Shown here piece by piece: positions 49,498 through 63,055 of a stretch of DNA of 64,000 nucleotides. The stretch's first letter is position 1. Each line of letters starts with the position of its first letter. Source of the stretch: Squalus acanthias (lineage: Eukaryota); NCBI GenBank assembly GCA_030390025.1, contig CM059432.1:56794001-56858000 (forward strand), in the 5' to 3' direction. The notes beneath the pieces are model-generated. The model was not told where the DNA came from and searched no databases. It saw nothing but the letters and a program-made list of their open reading frames with translations. The position numbers were made by a program, and so were the translations under genes.

Positions 49498-50217
49498 AAA
49501 GCAAAATACTGCGGATGCTGGAAAAAAATCTGAAATAAAAACAGAAAATGCTGGAAATACTCAGCAGGTCAGGCAGCATCTGTAGAGAGAGAAACAGAGT
49601 TAACGTTTCAGGTCGATGACCCTTCGTCAGAACTGGAAAAAGTTGGAGATATAACAGATTTTTAAGCAAGTGTAGGGGCAGGGAGGGGAGGAAAGAACAA
49701 AAGGGAAGGTCTGTGATAGGATGGAAGGCAGGAGAGATTAAAAGACAAAAGGGATGATGGTGCAAGGCAAAAGGAGATGGTAATGGGACAAGTTAAGAAA
49801 CAAAAGATGACTCTAGATGAAGTGTAAATGGCAATGGCAGGATGATCAACAGCTGCCATGTGAAAGAGAGAGAAAAAAAAATGATAGGGGTAGAGATGAT
49901 GGTCTGAAATTGTTGAACTCGATGTTGAGTCCAGAAGGCTGTAAAGTGCCTAATCGAAAGATGAGGTGCTGTTCCTCGAGCTTACGTTGAGCTTCATTGG
50001 AACAGTGTAAGAGGCCAAGCACGGAGAGGTCAGAGTGGGAGTGGAGCGGAGAATTAAAGTGACAGACGACTGGAAGCTCGGAGTCACGCTTACGGACTGA
50101 ACGGAGGTGTTCCGCAAAGCGGTCACCCAATCTATGTTTGGTCTCCCCAATGTAGAGGAGACCGCATTGTGAGCAGCGAATACAGTATACTAAATTGCAA
50201 GAAGTACAAGTAAATCA
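49498..50217 (-). mobile_element. Penelope-like element, 3' fragment (GIY-YIG C-terminus plus pseudo-LTR with tail), inserted in a GC-rich MITE-like host
   Basis: GDRFAEHLRSVRKRDSELPVVCHFNS..KLEEQHLIFRLGTLQPSGLNIEF. TSD CCCCTTATTTACA at 49485-49497 and 50218-50230. Confidence 0.92.
49598..49634 (-). ncRNA. Minimal type I hammerhead ribozyme in PLE pseudo-LTR
   Basis: AGUU-CUGACGA-A-GGGUC-AUC-GACCU-GAAAC-GUU-AACU. Confidence 0.8.
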
Positions 50218-51479
50218 CCCCTTATTTACATATGTTTAGGACCGACCGCCTGTTTTAGGTGGCTGGCAAGTACTCCTGAAAAATTGCTGAACCCAATTTT
50301 GGTTTTGGATGTTTTTCAGGCGTCTTTAGGGCGCAGGACATTGGTCCCCAAAATTAGGTCTTGTCGCGCCCATTTTATGTCACGTGTGCAAATTTGATCA
50401 GGCCCACCAATTGGACAAATATCTCCAATTTGCTCTGTAATCAATTTATTATGTTTTGAATCTCGTCAGAACTATTCAGCAGTCTTTAATAAATAAATTG
50501 TGTGTCTGTGTATGATCAGAGTTGTGACATGATCTTGATGCTATGTGGTGGCACCATACACTGTGAGTATAGTCAGACCTGGATAATCAGTATGCTTTTG
50601 AGAAAATTTGATTTTGTTATGCATTAAAAATCAATGGACATTGCATTCATTTTCATGGAAATAATAACGTCCTGAAACTGCACAAAAAATATAAAAATCT
50701 TCAAGCAACTTGGTGAAAGATTCATTTTGGTTGTTCTGTCTTTGTTGTATCCTTGAACTGTTGATAAATTTAAAAGTCCATTGGGTATTGTTCCACCTAA
50801 AGAAAAAATGACAGTTTGAAGACCTTTGAGGCTTTTTCTAGGTGGTCTTTCTATAATAATAACAGTTTACTCATCTTATCTCCTGAGTTCCCAAAGTCCT
50901 GCTTAGCTGTTTAAAGTGCCAGCAAGCTATTATTGAATCTACTTTAACTAGCCAGTATTATCTCAAAAAATGTGTGTTTGCTCAACAGCCGACCAACATA
51001 TTGAACCACAACAGCAAACTGTTTAAAAGCTCCCACTCCTGATGCACTGGCCATCCTTCTCCCTAAGGCTCAATTGTTTAAAGTGCCAGTGAACTGAGTG
51101 TTTGATTAACATCAGCTGGTTACTGTACATTTAACAATGAATGTTCAGCATCCAGCAATTTAAACAGTTGAGCAATACTTCGGGAACTCGGAGGCTAAGT
51201 ACAATGAACTGCAAAGGACCAGGGAATGAAAACCTGGAACAATTGGATCCTTTACCTGCAGTAAGCCTTTACGATGCCTGTGATGGTCTTCAAACAGTGG
51301 TAATTGATAAATTTCTATTAAATATTGCCATTCCTCATGGTACACAGCCAGGTCAGATGAAACTTGTTAATTGGCTTTCCTATTAAAAAGAGACAAGTAC
51401 TGATATCTGATATTTTGGTGTGGGCTGGCCATTAGAGGAGTTGTAAATGGAGCCAAACATTGTAGAATTGCCAACAAAC

Positions 51480-53150
51480 AGCCTCACTCTGGACCTTATG
51501 ATGCAGGAAAAGTCATTGATGAAGCAACTGAAGATCATTGGGTTGAGGACACTCGCTGAAAAACTCCTGCAGTGATGTACTGGAGCTGTAATGATTGACC
51601 TCTAATAATCACAACCATATGCCTGTGTGTCACGTATTGGAGAGTTTGCCCATTGGCCACCATTAATCTCAGATTTGCTAGGGTTCCTTGGTGCTGTACA
51701 TGGTTGAATGTTGCCTTGATGTCAAAGGTAACTACACCCACCTCTCTTCTGCCATTCAGCTCTTGTATCCATGCTTGGGATCAAGGCTGTGATGAAGTCT
51801 GGAGCCAAGTGGTACAGGTGCAACCCAAACTGACTGCTAGCAAGCAGATTAATGGTGAGCAGGTGTCTCTTGATGGCATTGTTATTGACTTCTTCCATCA
51901 CTTTGCTGATGATTTGGAGGAAGCTGATAGGGCAGTAATTGGGTTGATTCGGTTCATAGACTCATACAGCACAGAAGTAGGCCATTTGGCCCATTAAGTC
52001 TGTGCCAGCTCTTTGAAAGAGCTATCCAATTAGTCCCACTCCCCTGCTCTTTCCCATAGCCCTGCAAATATCTTTTTACTTTTACTTTTTGTAGCTATGA
52101 CATACCTCGACAATTTTCCACATTGTCGGATAGACGACAGTGTCACATCTGCACTGGAATAGTTTGGCTGGGAGGTGGCTAGTTCTGGTGCACAAGTGTT
52201 CAACACTACAGCCAGGATGTTATCAGGGCCCATAGCCTTCTCTATGCCACTTCTTAATTCCACGCAGAATGAAATGAATCAACTGGATTTTGGCATCTAT
52301 GATGGTGGGGACCACAAGATAGGATTTTTCATTTGGCATTTTTGGCTGAAGATATTTGCAAACACTTGAGCCTTCTCTCTGAATTCATGCTGGGCTCTGC
52401 AGTAATTGAGGATGGGAATGTTCCTGGAATATCATCCTCCCTTTAGTTTCCTGATTGTTCGCCATCATTCTCAACAGGTTGTGGTAAAGTTACAGAGACT
52501 TGCTCTGATCTGTTAGTAGTGGTACCACTTTGCTCTGTCTATAGCCTGATGCTTAAATAGGGTTCACTATTGGTGCCTTATTCTAAAGTATGTCTATTGC
52601 AGCTCCCATACTCTCCAATGAACTGGATTGGCTTCTGGCTTGATGGTGATGGAGGGATGTACCAGACCAACAGCTTACAGGTGGTGGTGGTGGTGGCGGC
52701 ATACAATTTTGCTGCTGATGTGCAGTTTTGGGCTACTAGCTCTGTGTTTAGTCTGTCTCACTTAACATAGTTGTAGTGCCACAGTACATGATGGAAGGTA
52801 TCCTTGCTTTATTTTCACAATGACTGTCCAATGGTCACTTCTGCCACTGCTATCATTGACACCTGTGGCATGGTTCTAGCAGGTTACTCTCTTCTGTTGG
52901 TTCCTTCATCTGTTGTCAGTGGAAGTATTACCAAGCCACAGTTGGTGGCGGAAGTGCCCCATCTAGAGTTTGCCCTCGCTTCCTTTGCTTCTTCCAATTG
53001 GTGTTCAACAGTTGGGTGTGGGTGGAGTAGGGGGAGAGACAATAGATAGTAATCAGCAGGAGGTTTCCTTGGCCTTGTTTGACGTGAAGTCGTAAAACTT
53101 CATGAGGCTGGAATCAAAGTTGAGGACTCCTAGGGCCAAGCCCATCCGAC
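51480..53150 (-). mobile_element. Heavily decayed Zenon-like LINE, with a CR1 tail nested at about 51955-52075
   Basis: VVTFDIKATFNHVQHQGTLANL and KAMGPDNILAVVLNTCAPELA. The nested tail matches 34615-34740. Confidence 0.7.
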
Positions 53151-53329
53151 TGTATCCAGCTATGTCCCACAGGTATGTTGGATGATAGACTAGTCACCAA
53201 TCTGGGACCCAAATGTTAATGAGGTGGACTTTCCAGGATCAGATAGGCTGGAATTGCTTGAATTTTGTTTTATCTGATACCAGAGTCATTGCCAAATAGG
53301 TCCATCTGATATTTATTTTATTGTTGTAG

Positions 53330-53590
53330 TTATTTTACAACTGAGTGATGTGCTAGGCCACTTCAGACATACATTAAGAGTCAACCACATGTTGTGAAAC
53401 TGGAGTCACATGTAGCCCAAATCAGCTAGGGGCAGCAGGTTCACTTGCTTGAAGAACTATTTGGGATTTTATTAGCTTTCATGGTCATTTTTCAGGTCCT
53501 GCAAGTTACCGGTTTTACTGGTGACATTTTCACAACTTGCATGGTGAGATTTGAACTCCTAACTTCTGGGTTGTAAGTCCAGTAGCATAA
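53330..53590 (-). mobile_element. Old tRNA-derived SINE; related pieces at about 8595-8660 and 32100-32250
   Basis: Minus strand agtggttatgctactggact..gagttcaaatctcacca (B box-like) and gtgactccagt..catgtggttgactcttaatg. Confidence 0.5.
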
Positions 53591-54021
53591 CCACTTTACT
53601 TCTGTACCCACTAGAAACCGAGCCTACAAATGATCACGCTCAGAGAACATACCTAAAAAGACACAGAATAACAAGAACTGGATGTCTGCCCCCCCAAAAA
53701 TGGTACACAGTTTATCTAAAATATATGTTAAAGCTGCTTGAAGGCACTACGTGCCTTGAGCAGTCACTGTTTTTAGAGAGAGAACAAAAACGTGCCCATT
53801 TTAGTTTGATTTACATATTCCATAGTTTTAGTTAATAAACATAAAAGGCATCAAACACTCACTGGTGGTTTGGTGGATTACATCAGTGACTTTGTACCTT
53901 GAGCACCTGAGCATAAATGTGGTTAAAATGGTAAGGGGCATTTTTATCAATATTCAGCTGTTAATGGACCAAACCAAAATAAATTTGAGACCTTTTTATC
54001 TTTCTTCCCTGGGAAGATTCT

Positions 54022-54620
54022 GGCCTTGAAAATACATGGGCCACAATTCCAGCGGTTACATTGGGATTGCACCCGTCGCTGTCCACCAGCACTGGAGTTA
54101 GCAGGGTCAACAGGAGGGCCATTTCCAATCTGGCCAAGAGGCATTCGCACCAATACATGCACATCTCTGGCCCACGTGGCCAGAAAATCTGGCATCTGGC
54201 TGCCATTGGTGCGGGGTGGGGGTGTTCCCATGCTGCCCCGAAGACCAACTGTAAAAGGGCGATTATCCAAATTTTTAAAAGTCCACTGACATTTGCTTGA
54301 GAGTCCAGAGCTCTTCCCTTGGTGTGGAGCCTCACCCCACCTTGGTGTGACCCAAATGCACCCATTTGGAGGCACATCTCATTTCTCTCAGCATATTTCT
54401 CTCCAGTAATATACCGGGTCCCTTCTGAACTAGGAAAGTGTGTGCTCTCAGCTTAGGAGTCCTTGGCCTTGTCAGGGGAAGGCAGAGGCCCCTTACCAGG
54501 CTGAACGGGAGCTCCTAAGGTCGACTGGCACCTAGCATGACCAGGTCCTTGCCGTTTTCTAGTGGATTTCACCGAACTCTTATCAGAGTTATGGCAGAAT
54601 CTTCAAGGAAATTCAAGGCC
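54022..54620. mobile_element. Probable Harbinger-type MITE
   Basis: GC-rich island bounded by GGCCTTGAA / TTCAAGGCC. TSD imperfect (tct/ttt). Confidence 0.5.
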
Positions 54621-55402
54621 TTTCTTTGAATTGGTACTGAAATAACGGTTCAAAACATATTGCTGACACAGTTCATATTTTTTGATTTGATTTTTGTAAG
54701 CAATACTCTAATGTTATGGGAATGTCTGTTTAACAGAAGATCAATAACTCCCTCACCCAACAACGCACCTGGCCCCCCACCACACGCACACACACACATT
54801 TTCTAATATTGGACTGAAGATAAGAACCTGAACTTTGAAATGAGGGAAAGAGAAATTATAGATGCAAACGTGAAAAACTAGTTATTCATTTCCCTCAACT
54901 TGGAAAATACTCTAAGTGAACTTCTCTAAAGTGCAGTTCGGTTATGCAAATGACATCCATTTAGCAACTTGCATCTGAAATAATTTGACAAAATTATAAA
55001 AATGAACAATGAAGGTTATATAAAAATTCCTGCATATGGGTTGGGGCATTTGTCATGGTTACATAATTTCAACGTGACTTAATTTTGAATACTTGGACCC
55101 TCAGGTGTTGTAGCATGCTTCTGTTTGATTTCTTGCTCACTTATTTTTGTCAAAGAAGAAATAAAGTCAGGATGAATAAATGTAAAAATTAGTCATGCTG
55201 CAAGGATCTTTTACTGCATGACTCCTACCTAATAGTTACATCACTACTAAATCTGTCACAGCCAAACCAATTATAAGTACAAAAAAGTAGGTGTGGTTCC
55301 GGGGATCAGCTCTCACTTATCCTCCTGTATACTGTGCACAACTCCTTGTTGAAAGACTCCATGAAAAGCTGCTTGGCAGCAGTTCCTAGATCATCAAGTA
55401 AC

Positions 55403-55786
55403 AGAAAGAAAGAAAGACTTGCATTTATATAGCACCTTTCACGACTACCGTACGTCCCAAAGCGTGTTACAGCTAATTAAATACTTTTTGAAGTGTAGTC
55501 ACCGTTGTAATGTAGGAAACGTGGCAGCCAATCTGCGCACAGCATGTTCCCACAAACAGCAATGTGATAATGACCAGATAATCTGTTTTAGTGATGTTGA
55601 TTGAGGGGTAAATATTGATCAGGACACCGGGGATAACTCCACTGCTCTTCTTCAAAATAGTGCCATGGCATCTTTTACATCCACCTGAGAGAGCAGGCAG
55701 GGCCTCGGTTTAATGTCTCATCCAAAAGAAGGCACCTCCGACAGTGCAGCACTCCCTCAGTACTGCACTGGAGTGTCAGCCTAGAT
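55403..55786 (-). mobile_element. Deu-domain SINE (SacSINE1-like), head truncated
   Basis: Minus strand gaagaagagcagtggagttatccccggtgtcctg..aacagattatctggtcattatcacattgctgtttgtggga..gtgcgcagattggctgcc is the Deu-domain pattern. (tttc)n tail. Confidence 0.88.
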
Positions 55787-55849
55787 TACATTGCTTACAA
55801 CAGAGGGAGGTTGGAGAGAAGTTCGGAGACAAATGATAACGGTCAACAT

Positions 55850-56327
55850 GTTACAACAACAACTTGTATTTATATAGCGCCTTTAACGTAGTAAAACGTC
55901 CCAAGGCGCTACACAGGAGTATTTTAAGACAAAAAACCGAGCCACAAGGATAAATTCGGGCAGGTGGTCAAAGAGGTAGGTTTTAAGGAGTGTCTTAAAG
56001 GAGGAAAGAGAGTTAGCGAGGCGGAGAGGTTTAGGCAGGGAATTCCAACGCTTAGGGCCGAGGCAACAGAAGGCATGGTCATCAATGGTTGAGCGATTAT
56101 AATCAGGGATGCTCAAGAGGGCAGAATTAGAGGAGTGCAGATATCTCGGGGGGGTTGTGGGGCTGAAGGGGATTACAGAGATAGGAAGGGGCGAGGCCAT
56201 GGAGGGATTTGAAAACAAGGATGAGAATTTTGAAATCGAGGCGCTGCTTAACCGGGAGCCAATGTAGGTCAGCGAGCACAGGGGTGATGGGAGAACGGGA
56301 CTTGGTGCGAGTTAGGACACGGGCATT
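55850..56327 (-). mobile_element. L2-clade LINE 3' end
   Basis: ARVLTRTKSRSPITPVLADLHWLPVKQRLDFKILILVFKSLHGLAPSYL and AFCCLGPKRWNSLP..FKTLLKTYLF. (ttg)n tail. Confidence 0.92.
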
Positions 56328-56559
56328 ACAGTAACATACGAGAGATCTAACAAAATTGTACACGAAGCATACCATACCACACAGGCTGCACAGAGTTCAT
56401 CTCTTCCTGTCTGATGAGTGCAGTGGAGACTGTGGCCAGATACATATACTCATGCACATTATCTAGTCCTGTGTTCAAATCCACTTACTCAAACCCTGAT
56501 CCAGTCACACACTCACTCCTATCTGGTTGCATGGGAAGTGTAGAAAGGCATGCAAAGAG

Positions 56560-58382
56560 CAGCAGTAGGCATACCTTAGTATCACTCTAGTGAAGCTACA
56601 ACATCCTGTACACGAAAAGTAACATGCTAAAAACAGCTAAGTGGTTCCACGATCAACGAATCGGAGCAAAGCTCTATAGCCCTACTCCAACGAAACCAGA
56701 ATGTTGATGAACAAAATCAGGCAACCAAGAACCATCCTCATCCTATGAGTGCAAGAGACAAGGCTGAACTGTCAGTTAATAATGCCAAGTTAATGATCCT
56801 GCTTGGCCACTTCCGAGTTCCCCACCATCATAGATGCCAGTGTCCAGCCAGTTTGGTTAACTCCACATGCTGTTAAGAAGTGGCCAAGTGCACTGGGCAC
56901 GGTGAAGGTTATGGTACTTGACAATATCCTGTCTGTAGTGCTGAAGACTGCACTAGATTAACTGTGGCCCCAGTCACATTGTTGCAGTACAAATAAGGCA
57001 TGGGTGTCTACCCAATAATGTGGAAAATTGCCCAGATGTGTGTTCTCCACAAAAAGCAGGACAAATCTAACCTGGCCATTTACTGCCCCTTTCTGCTCAT
57101 CAGCAAAGTGATGGAAGGAGTCATTAATAGTGGCATTGAGTGGCACCTACTCACCAACAACCAGCTGGCTGTTGCTTAGTTTGTTTTTTGCTGGAATTGC
57201 TCACCCTCAGACCACATCACAGGACATGGACGAAAGAGTTGAATGCCAGAGGAAAGTTGAGAGTAATTACCCTTGACATCAAGGCAGTAATCAACCAAAT
57301 AATGCATCGAGGAGCCCCATCAAAACTGAGGTTAATGGGTGTCGAGGGGAAAACTCTCTACTGGCTGGAGTCACACACAAGAATATGGCCAATCATCAAA
57401 GACCCTGGACATCGCTGTAAGAGTTCCTCAGGGCAGTGCTCTCACCCCAATGATCATCAGCTGCTTCATCAATGGCCTCTTTCCATCATAATCCATCAGT
57501 GCCATTCACAACTCCTCATAATGAAACAGTCCATGCCCGCATGCAGCAAGACCTGGACGACATTCAGGCTTGGGCTGATAAGTGGCAAGTAACATTTGCG
57601 CCACACAAGTGCCAGGCAATTACTTTCTCCAACAAGCGAGAGTCTAACCACCGCCACATGACATTCAACGGTATTACCATTACCGAATCCCCCACCATCA
57701 ACATCCTGGAGGTCACCATTCACCAGAAACTCAACTGGTCCAGCTGCATAAATACTGTGGCAACGAAAGCAGGTCAGAGGCTGGGTATTTTGCGGCGATT
57801 GTCTCACCACCTGACTCCCCAAAGCCTTTCCACCATCTACAAGGCACAAGTCAGGAGTGTGATGGAATATTCTTCACTTGCCTGGATGAGTGCAACTCCA
57901 GCAACACTCAAGAAGCTCGTCACCATCTAGGACAAAGCAACCCGCTTGATTGGCACCCCATCCACCACCTTAAACATTCACTCCCTCCACCACCGGTGTA
58001 CCGTGGCTGCAGTGTGTACCATCTACAAGATGCACTGCAGCAACTCGCCAAGGCTTCTTCGGCAGCACCTCCCAAAACCGCGACCTCTACCACCTAGAAG
58101 AACAAGGGCAGCAGGAGCATGGGAATATCATCACCTGCAAGTTCCCCTCCAAGTTACACACCATCCTGACATGGAAGTATATTGCCGTTCCTTCATCGTC
58201 ACTGGGTCAAAATCCTGGAACTCCCTCCTTAACAGCACTGTGGGAGTACCTTCACCACATGGATTGCAGCGGTTCAAGAAGGCGGCTCACCACCACCTTG
58301 TCAAGGGCAACTAGGGATGGGCAATAAATGCTGACCTTGGCAGCGATGCCCACATCCCATGAACTAATATAATAAAAAATAA
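56560..58382 (+). mobile_element. Zenon-like (CR1-group) LINE, RT and 3' end
   Basis: QQDLDDIQAWADKWQVTFAPHKCQ, AGQRLGILRRL, IYKAQVRSVMEYS. 3' end gggcaataaatgctgaccttggcagcgatgcccacatcccatgaa plus A-rich tail. Clade name is from recall only. Confidence 0.8.
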
Positions 58383-58585
58383 TACCAAACGTGGATGTTC
58401 ACTCAATTCTACAGTTTTCAGCCCCATTCAAAGCTCCACAGATAATGAAGCAGTCCATTCAAGCCTACAGCAGGAACTGGACAATATCCTGCTTGGACTG
58501 ACAAGTGGAAGGTAACATTCATGCCACATAGGGCCAAGCAATGACCATCTCCAACCAAAAAAATCCCAACCACCTCCCCCTGAAA

Positions 58586-60100
58586 TAAGAACATAAGAAA
58601 TGGGAGCAGGAATAGGCCAATCTCATTGAAACATACAAAATTCTTATAGGACTTGACAGGGTAGATGCAGGGAGGATATTTCCCCTGGCTGGGGAGTCTA
58701 GAACCAGGGGTCACAGTCTCAGAATGTGGGGTCGGCCATTTAGGACTGAGATGAGGAGAAATTTCTTCACTCAGCGGGTGGTGAATCTTTGGAATTCTCT
58801 ACCCCAGAGGGCTGTGGAGGCTCAGTCATTGAGTATATTCAAGACAGAGATCGATAGATTTTTGAATATTAAGGGAATCAAGGGATATGGGGATAGTGCA
58901 GGAAAGTGGAGATGAGGTAGATCAGCTATGATCTTATTGAATGGCGGAGCAGGCTCGAAGGGCCAAATGGCCAACTCCTGCTCCTATTTCTTATGTTCTT
59001 ATTCAGCCCTTCGAGACTGCTCCGCCATTCAATAAGATCATGGCAGAGCTTCTAGCTCAACTCCATCTTCTCGCACTATTCCCATATCCCTTAATTCCCT
59101 TAATATCTAAAAATATATCGATCTCTGTCTTGAATATACTGAGCATTCACAGCCCTCTGGGGCAGAGAATTCCAAAGATTCACAAGCTTTTGAGTGAAGA
59201 AATTTCTCCTCATCTCAGTCCTAAATGGCCGACCCCTTATTCTGAGACTATGACCCCAATTTTAGACCCCCAGCCAGGGGAAACATCCTCCCAAAATCTA
59301 CCTGTCAAGCCCTGCAAGAATTTTATATGTTTCAATGAGATCACCTCTCATTCTTCTAAATTCTAGAGTCTATAGGCCTAGTCTGCTCAATCTCTCCTCG
59401 TAGGACAATACCCCCCCCCCCCCCCCCCCCCCCATCCCAGGAATTATTCTGGTGAACCTTGGTTGCACTACCTCTAAGGCAAGTATATCCTTCTTTAGGT
59501 AAGGAGACCAAGACTGTACACAGTACTCAGGTGTGGTCTCACCAAGGCCCTATATAATTGCAGTAAGACGTCTTTAGTCTAATACTCAAATCCTTTTATA
59601 ATAAAGGTTAACATACCATTTGCTTTCCTAATTGATTACTGTAACTGCATGTTAACTTTCAGTGATTTGTATACAAGGACACCCAAATCCCTCTGAACAC
59701 TAACATATCCCAATCTCTCACCATTTAATAAATATTCTGCTTTTCTATTTTTCCTACCAAAGTGGATAACTTCACATTTCTCCACGTTATATTCCATCTG
59801 CCATGTTCTTGCCCACTCGCTTAACCTGTCTATATCCCTTTGCAGCCTCCTTGCATCCTCCTCACAACTTAATTTCTCACCTAGCTTTGTATCGTCAGCA
59901 AACTTGGATACATTACACTCGGTCCCCTCATCTAAGTCATTGATGTAGATTGTAAATAGCTGAGGCCCAAGCACTGATCCTTGCGCTACCGGACTAGTTA
60001 CAGCCTGCCAACCCGAAAATGACCCGTTTATTCCTACTCTCTGTTTTCTGTCCGTTAACCAATCCTCAATCCATGCTAATATATTGCCCCCAATCCCATG
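58586..60100 (-). mobile_element. CR1 RT fragment whose 3' tail is interrupted by an antisense CR1 piece
   Basis: HGIGGNILAWIEDWLTDRKQRVGING..KFADDTK. Tail aggaataggcca|ttcagccc is split at 58619/59001. Confidence 0.9.
58620..59000 (+). mobile_element. CR1 3' fragment nested antisense in a CR1 tail
   Basis: ORF 58724-58915 is identical in translation to the C-terminus of ORF 18273-18932. Ends in its own tail tttcttatgttctt. Confidence 0.9.
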
Positions 60101-60938
60101 ACTTTCAAAGGCTACCTTGACTAGTCTCCCACTATCAACAGGCAGTATATGTGACTTTGCCAGCGCTGGCCACATCCCGAGATCAAATCCAAGAAAATGC
60201 TGATGTGCAGAAAGGTTTCCCCACAGAGACGAGAGAAAAGGCAAAAAGGGAGCATCACTCCAGATGCACTTATGCACTTCTGGGTGGCTAGTTCAAAGTG
60301 GGAATAAAAGGTGAAGAAATAAGACAAGAAAAGACCATTTAATCCATTGAGTTCATCCCTAAAGATATTAATGTGTGGTAATCGCTGCAGGAAAAGTAGA
60401 AGAAATGCAAAAAACTAAAATGCCCACTGCCCCGCCCCCCAATAACCAGCACTTTCGGGAGAAAGAACCTTCTGACATATTTAAACATTGTTGGTGAAAT
60501 GTCTCAGGTCTTTAACAAAAAGTCAGAGTACTTTGTGTGTAGAAATCTGGCCCCCTGCAGAGTTTTGTTTTAGTGGCTGTCCCTTTAATTCCAGTCAAAA
60601 TGCACAAGAATAATTCAGAGAACAATGCTGTATGATTGGTTCAGTTTGTATATAATTGCTGATTCCTTTTTAAATAGTGTAGTGGGATATTCAAAATCCA
60701 GGCAGTCCTAGTAACTCTTCTGGGATATAAAGGACCAATTCTGTCTGAATGGGGTAGGCAGCTTGAAAATCTTAAAAGAACTGGCCAGTTTTAGAGTTTT
60801 GAAAGAGACAAAAAATCTGATTCAATTTCCAGAAAAATAGCTTGGATTAATTAGGCTTCCACTGTAGTAAGAAATTCAAAGAATTGAAACATTATTTAAA
60901 CGTTATTCGCAAAGTATTAGAGTTGCAATCTTTATATT

Positions 60939-61686
60939 GGCCCAAAAATTCGTCCGTTCTCGGGTGAGTACTCAGTGCGTACTCACCCGTATTCATTCCC
61001 GAAGTGCCGGTTTCCTGCATGCACTGCGCATGCGCGGGAAACTGGTGAAGGGGGCGGTTCCTAGGTGAACCACGTGCGCACTACAGGCTGCGCGCACGCA
61101 GCACACTTAGGTTTTTTTTCAGGTTTCAACGCGAGGGTAAGTATGGAAGATTCTACACAAGTAACAAGGAGGCGTAAGACCCCTTTTGAACAAGGTAAGT
61201 AGTTAATTAAGTATAATTTAAAAAATTTTCAACAGGTTTATCTTTTTTAGAGACTTTAAAGAAAGGTAAGTTTATTTTTATAACTTTTAAAAAGAATTTA
61301 AATTTTTTCAAAAATTTAAATTTTTGTTTAAAGTTGTTAATTTATTTAACTATAGTTATTTTATTAATGTAATGGTTTTTTAAAAAATTTATTTGAGGTT
61401 TAGCTGTTCTTTTGGGGCCGATTTCAATTCATAGATTTGACAGGTCTCTGTCAAATCTATGAATGAAAGATGGTCTGCTGCCATTGGCTCTCCATGGCCC
61501 ACGTGATCCCAGGGGTCGCATCGCACTAACTGCGCCCCTGGAACACGCAAGCACTGCGCGCCGGCACTAGGGAGAGGCCCAGGACCCGAAGTTCCTGCGG
61601 GGACAAACAAGGACGGCAGACGCGGTAGGTGATATCGTGCGCGATCCTTCCCCCCGCAGCAAGCCGGCCACCCGAATTTCTAGGCC
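60939..61686. mobile_element. Harbinger-type MITE family A, copy 2 (opposite orientation)
   Basis: Ends GGCCCAAAAATTCG / CGAATTTCTAGGCC, TSD ATT. Interior is the reverse complement of 10521-11257. Confidence 0.85.
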
Positions 61687-62127
61687 ATTATTTTGTCTAC
61701 TGGAGAATTTAGATAATATTTTCTATTGTAAATACATAATTGTATTATCAGCAATTATCGCTTGTTTGTTTAATGAATTTGTTTCATATTTTAATCTTAG
61801 AGCAAGGTCTAGTGTAATGCTGTATTGCTCTCGAAGACTGGAGTGAGGACTTATGGAGGAATAGGATGGGTCCAGCAGCTAGAAGCAATTATCAGACATA
61901 GCTTAATTTCCTGGGCATTTTACTGAAAGTTTAACTAGATCTCTCAGCAAATATGAACACTTTTGAAGGTATGGAGAGTTGGCACTTGCCCTTGAGAATG
62001 ATCTAAGATACTGGAGCTCAAATAATCTAAAGGTAGAATGGTAGAAAAGATCCAAAAGTGTCAGATTCAATCTTCGTTGTGGTCTTATTAAATGAGTACA
62101 ATCTTATAAATTATGTTTAAAAAACCA

Positions 62128-63055
62128 GATGACTCAAAACTTGGAAGTATAGTGACCAGTGAGGAGGATAGTGATAGACTTCAGGAAGACATAGACAGGC
62201 TAGTGAAATGGGCAGACACGTGGCAGATGAAATTTAACGCAGAAAAGAGTGAAGTGATGCATTTTGGTAGAAAGAATGAGGAGAGGACATATAACCTAAA
62301 TGGTACAATCCTAAAGGGGGTGCACGAACAGAGAGACCTGGGGGTATGTGTGCATAAATCGTTGAAGGTAGCAAGGCAGGTTGAGAAAGCAGTTAAAAAG
62401 GCTGACGGGATCCTGGGCTTCATAAATAGAGGTATAAAGTACAAAAGTGTGGAAATTATGATGAACCTGTATAAAACACTGGTTCAGCCCCAACTGGAGT
62501 ACTGTGTCCAATTCTGGGCACCACACTTTAGGAACGATGTGAAGGCCTTAGAGAGTGTGCGGGAAAGATTTATGAGAATGATTCCAGGAATGAGGGACTT
62601 CAGTTACGTTGATAAACTGGAGAAGCTGCGGTTGTTTTCCTTGGAGCAGAGAAGATTGAGAGGAGATTTGATAGAGGCGTTCAAAATCATGAGGGGTCTG
62701 GACAGGGTAGATAGAGGGAAACTGTTCCCATTGACGGAAGGGTCGAGAACCAGAGGACACAGATTTAAGGTGATTGGCAAAAGAACCAAAGGCGACACAA
62801 GAAAAAACTTTTTTACACCGCGAGTGGTTAAGATCTGGAATGCACTGCCTGAAAGGGTGGTGAAGGCAGATTCAATCTTATCTTTCAAAAAGGTGTTGGA
62901 TAAGTATCTGGAGGAAATAAAAATGCAGGGCTACAGGGAAAGGCCAGGGGAGTGGGACTAGCTGAGAGTCGGCACGGGCTCGACGGGCCGAATGGCCTTC
63001 TTCCGTGCTGTGTAACCATTCTATGTTATAGAATCATAGAATCCATGATTCTATC
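62128..63055 (+). mobile_element. CR1 3' fragment, open RT C-terminal frame (62113-62961) plus tail
   Basis: DDSKLG..LQEDIDRLVKWADTWQMKFNAEK..LVQPQLEYCVQFWAPHF. Tail attctatg..atgattctat. Confidence 0.92.

Noticed and set aside
51141..51386. 81-aa ORF in unique sequence
   Set aside because: No recognisable domain or splice support; length is compatible with chance.
59411..59433. Long poly-C run
   Set aside because: Expansion of a short C tract present in other CR1 copies, or a sequencing homopolymer error.
62113..62961. 282-aa ORF as a functional gene
   Set aside because: 5'-truncated CR1 RT C-terminus; the start codon comes from flanking DNA.
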